A stretch of 64,000 bases of DNA from Auanema rhodensis (lineage: Eukaryota > Animalia > Nematoda): NCBI GenBank assembly GCA_964057225.1, contig CAXKVF010000079.1, positions 512,030 through 576,029 on the forward strand, written 5' to 3'. Below are positions 44,601 through 56,400 of this stretch, in pieces. Numbering within the stretch: position 1 is the stretch's first letter; each line of letters opens with the position of its first letter. Below the pieces are notes generated by a model. It was not told the origin of the DNA. It saw only the letters and a program-made list of their open reading frames with translations, and searched no databases. A program made the position numbers and the translations under genes.

Positions 44601-47600
44601 CCATATTAGTCTAAAAACAAATTTTTATTGATATTGGTTCATGGTAACCATGATTTTGAAATTTACGTGAACTTTAATTTATGCTAATTAAATGTACACG
44701 TGATGTGCACTTGGTATGTAACTCGCTTCACGTGAAAGATAAAGAGATGCGGTTTTCAAAATTAGATTCCCCATGTTCATATTAGTCTAAAAACAAATTT
44801 TTATTGATATTGGTTCATGGTAACCATGACTTTGAAATTTACGTGAACTTTAATTTATGCTAATTAAATGTACACGTGATGTGCAATTGGTATGTAACTC
44901 GCTTCACGTGAAAGATAAAGAGATGCGGTTTTCAAAATTAGATTCCCCATGTCCATATTAGTCTAAAAACAAATTTTTATTGATATTGGTTCATGGTAAC
45001 CATGACTTTGAAATTTACGTGAACTTTAATTTATGCTAATTAAATGTACACGTGATGTGCACTTGGTATGTAACTCGCTTCACGTGACAGATAAAGAGAT
45101 GCGGTTTTCAAAATTAGATTCCCCATGTCCATATTAGTCTAAAAACAAATTTTTATTGATATTGGTGCATGGTAACCATGACTTTGAAATTTACGTGAAC
45201 TTTAATTTATGCTAATTAAATGTACACGTAATGTGCACTTGGTATGTAACTCGCTTCACGTGAAAGATAAAGAGATGCGGTTTTCAAAATTAGATTCCCC
45301 ATGTCCATATTAGTCTAAAAACAAATTTTTATTGATATTGGTTCATGGTAACCATGACTTTGAAATTTACGTGAACTTTAATTTATGCTAATTAAATGTA
45401 CACGTGATGTGCACTTGGTATGTAACTCGCTTCACGTGAAAGATAAAGAGATGCGGTTTTCAAAATTAGATTCCCCATGTCCATATTAGTCTAAAAACAA
45501 ATTTTTTTTGATATTGGTTCATGGTAACCATGACTTTGAAATTTACGTGAACTTTAATTTATGCTAATTAAATGTACACGTGATGTGCACTTGGTATGTA
45601 ACTCGCTTCACGTGAAAGATAAAGAGATGCGGTTTTCAAAATTAGATTCCCCATGTCCATATTAGTCTAAAAACAAATTTTTATTGATATTGGTTCATGG
45701 TAACCATGACTTTGAAATTTACGTGAACTTTAATTTATGCTAATTAAATGTACACGTGATGTGCACTTGGTATGTAACTCGCTTCACGTGAAAGATAAAG
45801 AGATGCGGTTTTCAAAATTAGATTCCCCATGTCCATATTAGTCTAAAAACAAATTTTTATTGATATTGGTTCATGGTAACCATGACTTTGAAATTTACGT
45901 GAACTTTAATTTATGCTAATTAAATGTACACGTGATGTGCACTTGGTATGTAACTCGCTTCACGTGAAAGATAAAGAGATGCGGTTTTCAAAATTAGATT
46001 CCCCATGTCCATATTAGTCTAAAAACAAATTTTTATTGATATTGGTTCATGGTAACCATGACTTTGAAATTTACGTGAACTTTAATTTATGCTAATTAAA
46101 TGTACACGTGATGTGCACTTGGTATGTAACTCGCTTCACGTGAAAGATAAAGAGATGCGGTTTTCAAAATTAGATTCCTCATGTCCATATTAGTCTAAAA
46201 ACAAATTTTTATTGATATTGGTTCATGGTAACCATGATTTTGAAATTTACGTGAACTTTAATTTATGCTAATTAAATGTACACGTGATGTGCACTTGGTA
46301 AGTAACTCGCTTCACGTGAAAGATAAAGAGATGCGGTTTTCAAAATTAGATTCCCCATGTCCATATTAGTCTAAAAACAAATTTTTATTGATATTGGTGC
46401 ATGGTAACCATGACTTTGAAATTTACGTGAACTTTAATTTATGCTAATTAAATGTACACGTGATGTGCACTTGGTATGTAACTCGCTTCACGTGAAAGAT
46501 AAAGAGATGCGGTTTTCAAAATTAGATTCCCCATGTCCATATTAGTCTAAAAACAAATTTTTATTGATATTGGTTCATGGTAACCATGACTTTGAAATTT
46601 ACGTGAACTTTAATTTATGCTAATTAAATGTACACGTGATGTGCACTTGGTATGTAACTCGCTTCACGTGAAAGATAAAGAGATGCGGTTTTCAAAATTA
46701 GATTCGCCATGTCCATATTAGTCTAAAAACAAATTTTTATTGATATTGGTTCATGGTAACCATGACTTTGAAATTTACGTGAACTTTAATTTATGCTAAT
46801 TAAATGTACACGTGATGTGCACTTGGTATGTAACTCGCTTCACGTGAAAGATAAAGAGATGCGGTTTTCAAAATTAGATTCCCCATGTCCATATTAGTCT
46901 AAAAACAAATTTTTATTGATATTGGTGCATGGTAACCATGACTTTGAAATTTACGTGAACTTTAATTTATGCTAATTAAATGTACACGTGATGTGCACTT
47001 GGTATGTAACTCGCTTCACGTGAAAGATAAAGAGATGCGGTTTTCAAAATTAGATTCCCCATGTCCATATTAGTCTAAAAACAAATTTTTATTGATATTG
47101 GTTCATGGTAACCATGACTTTGAAATTTACGTGAACTTTAATTTATGCTAATTAAATGTACACGTGATGTGCACTTGGTATGTAACTCGCTTCACGTGAA
47201 AGATAAAGAGATGCGGTTTTCAAAATTAGATTCCCCAAGTCCATATTAGTCTAAAAACAAATTTTTATTGATATTGGTTCATGGTAACCATGATTTTGAA
47301 ATTTACGTGAACTTTAATTTATGCTAATTAAATGTACACGTGATGTGCACTTGGTATGTAACTCGCTTCACGTGAAAGATAAAGAGATGCGGTTTTCAAA
47401 ATTAGATTCCCCATGTCCATATTAGTCTAAAAACAAATTTTTATTGATATTGGTGCATGGTAACCATGACTTTGAAATTTACGTGAACTTTAATTTATGC
47501 TAATTAAATGTACACGTGATGTGCACTTGGTATGTAACTCGCTTCACGTGAAAGATAAAGAGATGCGGTTTTCAAAATTAGATTCCCCATGTTCATATTA

Positions 47601-48553
47601 GTCTAAAAACAAATTTTTATTGATATTGGTTCATGGTAACCATGACTTTGAAATTTACGTGAACTTTAATTTATGCTAATTAAATGTACACGTGATGTGC
47701 ACTTGGTATGTAACTCGCTTCACGTGAAAGATAAAGAGATGCGGTTTTCAAAATTAGATTCCCCATGTCCATATTAGTCTAAAAACAAATTTTTATTGAT
47801 ATTGGTTCATGGTAACCATGACTTTGAAATTTACGTGAACTTTAATTTATGCTAATTAAATGTACACGTGATGTGCACTTGGTATGTAACTCGCTTCACG
47901 TGAAAGATAAAGAGATGCGGTTTTCAAAATTAGATTCATCATGTCCATATTAGTCTAAAAACAAATTTTTATTGATATTGGTTCATGGTAACCATGACTT
48001 TGAAATTTACGTGAACTTTAATTTATGCTAATTAAATGTACACGTGATGTGCACTTGGTATGTAACTCGCTTCACGTGAAAGATAAAGAGATGCGGTTTT
48101 CAAAATTAGATTCCCCATGTCCATATTAGTCTAAAAACAAATTTTTATTGATATTGGTTCATGGTAACCATGACTTTGAAATTTACGTGAACTTTAATTT
48201 ATGCTAATTAAATGTACACGTGATGTGCACTTGGTATGTAACTCGCTTCACGTGAAAGATAAAGAGATGCGGTTTTCAAAATTTGATTCCCCATGTCCAT
48301 ATTAGTCTAAAAACAAATTTTTATTGATATTGGTGCATGGTAACCATGACTTTGAAATTTACGTGAACTTTAATTTATGCTAATTAAATGTACACGTGAT
48401 GTGCACTTGGTATGTAACTCGCTTCACGTGAAAGATAAAGAGATGCGGTTTTCAAAATTAGATTCCCCATGTCCATATTAGTCTAAAAACAAATTTTTAT
48501 TGATATTGGTTCATGGTAACCATGACTTTGAAATTTACGTGAACTTTAATTTT

Positions 48554-49048
48554 TACTCCAAATCACCTTTTCTAATGTATAATCTTTTTTGCACTTATAT
48601 ACGACCGATTCTAGAATATGCTACCATTATTTGGTCACCACAGGATTCTAAAGACAAGGACCAGATCGAATACGTCCAGAAAAAGTTTTTGCGCGCAGTT
48701 TTCATGCGCTCTGGATCTAAAATAAACTATGAAAATCAACTTTCTTTATTAGGAGGTCAAAAGTTATTTTTCAGAAGACTCGTTTTTGATTTGATTTTTT
48801 ATTTTAACCAAATAAAGTCGCCTACTTCAGATAATAGCTTGGATATTCTTAAGCTCAAAAAGTACACACACTTCATGAGGCGACATGAATGGAGTGTTGA
48901 GCATCCCAACCTCCGGAAAACTCAGACCAGAAGAGGTATTGAATACAGAGGCATAGACACTTGGAACTCAATACCAGAGAACATTGTCAATCTTGAAAAA
49001 GCTGTCAACTTCCGTAAACATCTTCAAGTTTTTCTTAAGAATCATTAA
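48554..49048 (+). pseudogene. C-terminal fragment (~164 aa) of LINE ORF2 (reverse transcriptase polyprotein); catalytic RT core and endonuclease are missing
   Basis: Open frame YSKSPFLMYNLFCTYIRPILEYATIIWSP...FRKHLQVFLKNH*. No YADD-type motif is present because of the 5' truncation. The first ~18 codons of the called ORF (48500-48553) are satellite-derived. Confidence 0.85.
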
Positions 49049-49552
49049 ATTTATTTTTCTCATTTTTGTACTATATTTGTCTAGCGTCCTATTTTTTTGA
49101 ATTATTGTCTCAATATGTTTTTTTATAACTTTTTAAAGCTAAGTTACTTTATGTGTCACTGTTTTGTTCCAACCACATCCTCGCTTCCTTCTTTGCTACA
49201 CTGTTACTTCACCATAGTTTCTATAGGCATTAGCCATACGAACCAGGTGACAGTTACCTCTTCTTACCAGAACGGGCTCGACTTTATTATAAGTTCCACC
49301 GCACCTGGTAAACGTAAAAAAAGAGGTCAGATCACTTATCTGATTTGAACAACTCCCCTGTTTTTTTGAGAATGGGTTAACATTTCATAATACATAGAGA
49401 GACTAGCTAAAAGTATGTATCTTAAAAGACAAAATTGATTCAATAACTCTTTTCAACTTTGCACATTTATTGCTTATTCATTTTTTAATTTTTATAATTA
49501 TGTTCGTATTGTAAGGATCTTTTTTCATACTTCTTCTCTTAAAAACCACTAA

Positions 49553-49592
49553 TGTTACAACCTGTGATAAAGAACAATAAACCTTGACTGAC
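49553..49592 (+). terminator. LINE 3' terminus: small stem-loop, AATAAA polyadenylation-like signal and TGAC repeat tail
   Basis: TGTTACA-acc-TGTGATA (49553-49569, 7 bp with 2 G-U pairs), AATAAA at 49576-49581, TGACTGAC at 49585-49592. The same elements are at +3864 in copy 2. Confidence 0.55.
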
Positions 49593-52416
49593 TAATTTAT
49601 GCTAATTAAATGTACACGTGATGTGCACTTGGTATGTAACTCGCTTCACGTGAAAGATAAAGAGATGCGGTTTTCAAAATTAGATTCCCCAAGTCCATAT
49701 TAGTCTAAAAACAAATTTTTATTGATATTGGTTCATGGTAACCATGATTTTGAAATTTACGTGAACTTTAATTTATGCTAATTAAATGTACACGTGATGT
49801 GCACTTGGTATGTAACTCGCTTCACGTGAAAGATAAAGAGATGCGGTTTTCAAAATTAGATTCCCCATGTCCATATTAGTCTAAAAACAAATATTTTTAT
49901 TGATATTGGTGCATGGTAACCATGACTTTGAAATTTACGTGAACTTTAATTTATGCTAATTAAATGTACACGTGATGTGCACTTGGTATGTAACTCGCTT
50001 CACGTGAAAGATAAAGAGATGCGGTTTTCAAAATTAGATTCCCCATGTTCATATTAGTCTAAAAACAAATTTTTATTGATATTGGTTCATGGTAACCATG
50101 ACTTTGAAATTTACGTGAACTTTAATTTATGCTAATTAAATGTACACGTGATGTGCACTTGGTATGTAACTCGCTTCACGTGAAAGATAAAGAGATGCGG
50201 TTTTCAAAATTAGATTCCCCATGTCCATATTAGTCTAAAAACAAATTTTTATTGATATTGGTTCATGGTAACCATGACTTTGAAATTTACGTGAACTTTA
50301 ATTTATGCTAATTAAATGTACACGTGATGTGCACTTGGTATGTAACTCGCTTCACGTGAAAGATAAAGAGATGCGGTTTTCAAAATTAGATTCCCCATGT
50401 CCATATTAGTCTAAAAACAAATTTTTATTGATATTGGTTCATGGTAACCATGACTTTGAAATTTACGTGAACTTTAATTTATGCTAATTAAATGTACACG
50501 TGATGTGCACTTGGTATGTAACTCGCTTCACGTGAAAGATAAAGAGATGCGGTTTTCAAAATTAGATTCCCCATGTCCATATTAGTCTAAAAACAAATTT
50601 TTATTGATATTGGTTCATGGTAACCATGACTTTGAAATTTACGTGAACTTTAATTTATGCTAATTAAATGTACACGTGATGTGCACTTGGTATGTAACTC
50701 GCTTCACGTGAAAGATAAAGAGATGCGGTTTTCAAAATTAGATTCCCCATGTCCATATTAGTCTAAAAACAAATTTTTATTGATATTGGTTCATGGTAAC
50801 CATGACTTTGAAATTTACGTGAACTTTAATTTATGCTAATTAAATGTACACGTGATGTGCACTTGGTATGTAACTCGCTTCACGTGAAAGATAAAGAGAT
50901 GCGGTTTTCAAAATTAGATTCCCCATGTCCATATTAGTCTAAAAACAAATTTTTATTGATATTGGTTCATGGTAACCATGACTTTGAAATTTACGTGAAC
51001 TTTAATTTATGCTAATTAAATGTACACGTGATGTGCACTTGGTATGTAACTCGCTTCACGTGAAAGATAAAGAGATGCGGTTTTCAAAATTAGATTCCCC
51101 ATGTCCATATTAGTCTAAAAACAAATTTTTATTGATATTGGTTCATGGTAACCATGACTTTGAAATTTACGTGAACTTTAATTTATGCTAATTAAATGTA
51201 CACGTGATGTGCACTTGGTATGTAACTCGCTTCACGTGAAAGATAAAGAGATGCGGTTTTCAAAATTTGATTCCCCATGTCCATATTAGTCTAAAAACAA
51301 ATTTTTATTGATATTGGTGCATGGTAACCATGACTTTGAAATTTACGTGAACTTTAATTTATGCTAATTAAATGTACACGTGATGTGCACTTGGTATGTA
51401 ACTCGCTTCACGTGAAAGATAAAGAGATGCGGTTTTCAAAATTAGATTCCCCATGTCCATATTAGTCTAAAAACAAATTTTTATTGATATTGGTTCATGG
51501 TAACCATGACTTTGAAATTTACGTGAACTTTAATTTATGCTAATTAAATGTACACGTGATGTGCACTTGGTATGTAACTCGCTTCACGTGAAAGATAAAG
51601 AGATGCGGTTTTCAAAATTAGATTCCCCATGTCCATATTAGTCTAAAAACAAATTTTTATTGATATTGGTTCATGGTAACCATGACTTTGAAATTTACGT
51701 GAACTTTAATTTATGCTAATTAAATGTACACGTGATGTGCACTTGGTATGTAACTCGCTTCACGTGAAAGATAAAGAGATGCGGTTTTCAAAATTAGATT
51801 CCCCATGTCCATATTAGTCTAAAAACAAATTTTTATTGATATTGGTTCATGGTAACCATGACTTTGAAATTTACGTGAACTTTAATTTATGCTAATTAAA
51901 TGTACACGTGATGTGCACTTGGTATGTAACTCGCTTCACGTGAAAGATAAAGAGATGCGGTTTTCAAAATTAGATTCCCCATGTCCATATTAGTCTAAAA
52001 ACAAATTTTTATTGATATTGGTTCATGGTAACCATGACTTTGAAATTTACGTGAACTTTAATTTATGCTAATTAAATGTACACGTGATGTGCACTTGGTA
52101 TGTAACTCGCTTCACGTGAAAGTTAAAGAGATGCGGTTTTCAAAATTTGATTCCCCATGTCCATATTAGTCTAAAAACAAATTTTTATTGATATTGGTGC
52201 ATGGTAACCATGACTTTGAAATTTACGTGAACTTTAATTTATGCTAATTAAATGTACACGTGATGTGCACTTGGTATGTAACTCGCTTCACGTGAAAGAT
52301 AAAGAGATGCGGTTTTCAAAATTAGATTCCCCATGTCCATATTAGTCTAAAAACAAATTTTTATTGATATTGGTTCATGGTAACCATGACTTTGAAATTT
52401 ACGTGAACTTTAATTT
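49593..52416. repeat. 176-bp satellite array, segment between the two LINE copies (16 monomers)
   Basis: The same consensus resumes at the right-hand TSD. The LINE-to-LINE offset is 3864 = 1040 + 6 + 16x176 + 2, the 2 bp being an AT insertion near 49891. Confidence 0.97.
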
Positions 52417-53456
52417 TTACTCCAAATCACCTTTTCTAATGTATAATCTTTTTTGCACTTATATACGACCGATTCTAGAATATGCTACCATTATTTGGTC
52501 ACCACAGGATTCTAAAGACAAGGACCAGATCGAATACGTCCAGAAAAAGTTTTTGCGCGCAGTTTTCATGCGCTCTGGATCTAAAATAAACTATGAAAAT
52601 CAACTTTCTTTATTAGGAGGTCAAAAGTTATTTTTCAGAAGACTCGTTTTTGATTTGATTTTTTATTTTAACCAAATAAAGTCGCCTACTTCAGATAATA
52701 GCTTGGATATTCTTAAGCTCAAAAAGTACACACACTTCATGAGGCGACATGAATGGAGTGTTGAGCATCCCAACCTCCGGAAAACTCAGACCAGAAGAGG
52801 TATTGAATACAGAGGCATAGACACTTGGAACTCAATACCAGAGAACATTGTCAATCTTGAAAAAGCTGTCAACTTCCGTAAACATCTTCAAGTTTTTCTT
52901 AAGAATCATTAAATTTATTTTTCTCATTTTTGTACTATATTTGTCTAGCGTCCTATTTTTTTGAATTATTGTCTCAATATGTTTTTTTATAACTTTTTAA
53001 AGCTAAGTTACTTTATGTGTCACTGTTTTGTTCCAACCACATCCTCGCTTCCTTCTTTGCTACACTGTTACTTCACCATAGTTTCTATAGGCATTAGCCA
53101 TACGAACCAGGTGACAGTTACCTCTTCTTACCAGAACGGGCTCGACTTTATTATAAGTTCCACCGCACCTGGTAAACGTAAAAAAAGAGGTCAGATCACT
53201 TATCTGATTTGAACAACTCCCCTGTTTTTTTGAGAATGGGTTAACATTTCATAATACATAGAGAGACTAGCTAAAAGTATGTATCTTAAAAGACAAAATT
53301 GATTCAATAACTCTTTTCAACTTTGCACATTTATTGCTTATTCATTTTTTAATTTTTATAATTATGTTCGTATTGTAAGGATCTTTTTTCATACTTCTTC
53401 TCTTAAAAACCACTAATGTTACAACCTGTGATAAAGAACAATAAACCTTGACTGAC
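52417..53456 (+). mobile_element. 5'-truncated non-LTR retrotransposon (LINE), CR1-like, copy 2 (duplicate of copy 1)
   Basis: Same sequence, truncation point and insertion position in the monomer as copy 1. TSD TAATTT at 52411-52416 and 53457-53462. The ORF translations are identical. Confidence 0.9.
52418..52912 (+). pseudogene. C-terminal fragment of LINE ORF2, copy 2
   Basis: Translation identical to 48554-49048. Confidence 0.85.
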
Positions 53457-56400
53457 TAATTTATGCTAATTAAATGTACACGTGATGTGCACTTGGTATG
53501 TAACTCGCTTCACGTGAAAGATAAAGAGATGCGGTTTTCAAAATTAGATTCCCCAAGTCCATATTAGTCTAAAAACAAATTTTTATTGATATTGGTTCAT
53601 GGTAACCATGATTTTGAAATTTACGTGAACTTTAATTTATGCTAATTAAATGTACACGTGATGTGCACTTGGTATGTAACTCGCTTCACGTGAAAGATAA
53701 AGAGATGCGGTTTTCAAAATTAGATTCCCCATGTCCATATTAGTCTAAAAACAAATATTTTTATTGATATTGGTGCATGGTAACCATGACTTTGAAATTT
53801 ACGTGAACTTTAATTTATGCTAATTAAATGTACACGTGATGTGCACTTGGTATGTAACTCGCTTCACGTGAAAGATAAAGAGATGCGGTTTTCAAAATTA
53901 GATTCCCCATGTTCATATTAGTCTAAAAACAAATTTTGATTGATATTGGTTCATGGTAACCATGACTTTGAAATTTACGTGAACTTTAATTTATGCTAAT
54001 TAAATGTACACGTGATGTGCACTTGGTATGTAACTCGCTTCACGTGAAAGATAAAGAGATGCGGTTTTCAAAATTAGATTCCCCATGTCCATATTAGTCT
54101 AAAAACAAATTTTTATTGATATTGGTTCATGGTAACCATGACTTTGAAATTTACGTGAACTTTAATTTATGCTAATTAAATGTACACGTGATGTGCACTT
54201 GGTATGTAACTCGCTTCACGTGAAAGATAAAGAGATGCGGTTTTCAAAATTAGATTCCCCATGTCCATATTAGTCTAAAAACAAATTTTTATTGATATTG
54301 GTTCATGGTAACCATGACTTTGAAATTTACGTGAACTTTAATTTATGCTAATTAAATGTACACGTGATGTGCACTTGGTATGTAACTCGCTTCACGTGAA
54401 AGATAAAGAGATGCGGTTTTCAAAATTAGATTCCCCATGTCCATATTAGTCTAAAAACAAATTTTTATTGATATTGGTTCATGGTAACCATGACTTTGAA
54501 ATTTACGTGAACTTTAATTTATGCTAATTAAATGTACACGTGATGTGCACTTGGTATGTAACTCGCTTCACGTGAAAGATAAAGAGATGCGGTTTTCAAA
54601 ATTAGATTCCCCATGTCCATATTATTCTAAAAACAAATTTTTATTGATATTGGTTCATGGTAACCATGACTTTGAAATTTACGTGAACTTTAATTTATGC
54701 TAATTAAATGTACACGTGATGTGCACTTGGTATGTAATTCGCTTCACGTGAAAGATAAAGAGATGCGGTTTTCAAAAATAGAATCCCCATGTCCATATTA
54801 GTCTAAAAACAAATTTTTATTGATATTAATTCATGATAACCATGATTTTGAAATTTACGTGAACTTTAATTTATGCTAATTAAATGTACACGTGATGTGC
54901 ACTTGGTATGTAACTCGCTTCACGTGAAAGATAAAGAGATGCGGTTTTCAAAATTAGATTCCCCATGTCCATATTAGTCTAAAAACAAATTTTAATTGAT
55001 ATTGGTTCATGGTAACCATGACTTTGAAATTTACGTGAACTTTAATTTATGCTAATTAAATGTACACGTGATGTGCACTTGGTATGTAACTCGCTTCACG
55101 TGAAAGATAAAGAGATGCGGTTTTCAAAATTAGATTCCCCATGTCCATATTAGTCTAAAATCAAATTTTTATTGATATTGGTGCATGGTAACCATGACTT
55201 TGAAATTTACGTGAACTTTAATTTATGCTAATTAAATGTACACGTGATGTGCACTTGGTATGTAACTCGCTTCACGTGAAAGATAAAGAGATGCGGTTTT
55301 CAAAATTAGATTCCCCATGTTCATATTAGTCTAAAAACAAATTTTTATTGATATTGGTTCATGGTAACCATGACTTTGAAATTTACGTGAACTTTAATTT
55401 ATGCTAATTAAATGTACACGTGATGTGCACTTGGTATGTAACTCGCTTCACGTGAAAGATAAAGAGATGCGGTTTTCAAAATTAGATTTCCCATGTCCAT
55501 ATTAGTCTAAAAACAAATTTTTATTGATATTGGTTCATGGTAACCATGACTTTGAAATTTACGTGAACTTCAATTTATGCTAATTAAATGTACACGTGAT
55601 GTGCACTTGGTATGTAACTCGCTTCACGTGAAAGATAAAGAGATGCGGTTTTCAAAATTAGATTCCCCATGTCCATATTAGTCTAAAAACAAATTTTTAT
55701 TGATATTGGTTCATGGTAACCATGACTTTGAAATTTACGTGAACTTTAATTTATGCTAATTAAATGTACACGTGATGTGCACTTGGTATGTAACTCGCTT
55801 CACGTGAAAGATAAAGAGATGCGGTTTTCAAAATTAGATTCCCCATGTCCATATTAGTCTAAAAACAAATTTTTATTGATACTAATTCATGATAACCATG
55901 ATTTTGAAATTTACGTGAACTTTAATTTATGCTATTTAAATGTACACGTGATGTGCACTTAGTATGTACCTCGCTTCACGTGAAAGATAAAGAGATGCGG
56001 TTTTCAAAATTAGATTCCCCATGTCCATATTAGTCTAAAAACAAATTTTTATTGATATTGGTTCATGGTAACCATGACTTTGAAATTTACGTGAACTTTA
56101 ATTTATGCTAATTAAATGTACACGTGATGTGCACTTGGTATGTAACTCGCTTCACGTGAAAGATAAAGAGATGCGGTTTTCAAAATTAGATTCCCCATGT
56201 CCATATTAGTCTAAAAACAAATTTTTATTGATATTGGTGCATGGTAACCATGACTTTGAAATTTACGTGAACTTTAATTTATGCTAATTAAATGTACACG
56301 TGATGTGCACTTGGTATGTAACTCGCTTCACGTGAAAGATAAAGAGATGCGGTTTTCAAAATTAGATTCCCCAAATCCATATTAGTCTAAAAACAAATTT

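Larger units (their letters stand above)
1..48552. repeat. 176-bp AT-rich tandem satellite array, segment 1 (~276 monomers; candidate centromeric/pericentromeric satellite)
   Basis: The motif atgtaactcgcttcacgtg recurs at 1, 177, 353, 529, 705 and onward. Copies differ by only a few substitutions. Exact 176-bp phase holds from 29580 to 48412 (107 monomers). The consensus has 56 G+C in 176 bp (~32% GC). Confidence 0.98.
48553..49592 (+). mobile_element. 5'-truncated non-LTR retrotransposon (LINE), CR1-like, copy 1
   Basis: A 1,040-bp non-satellite insert flanked by a direct repeat TAATTT (48547-48552 and 49593-49598). It encodes motifs typical of the post-RT region of CR1/L2-type ORF2 (YIRPILEYATIIWSP, IEYVQKKF, RRLVFDLI, WNSIP). 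A ~540-bp 3' UTR follows, with AATAAA at 49576-49581 and a terminal TGACTGAC repeat instead of poly(A). Confidence 0.9.

Noticed and set aside
48500-48553. N-terminus MILVHGNHDFEIYVNFNF of the 182-aa ORF as a true start
   Set aside because: It is satellite sequence upstream of the insertion junction with a TTG start, not part of the element.
49097-49348. 83-aa ORF (also 52961-53212)
   Set aside because: It has a TTG start, lies in the LINE 3' UTR, has low-complexity T-rich codons and shows no recognisable motif.
52417-53456. Second independent site-specific LINE insertion, or a pair of LTRs flanking an element
   Set aside because: The identical truncation point and shared flanking SNPs indicate segmental duplication. 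There are no TG...CA ends or PBS/PPT, and the interior is pure satellite.
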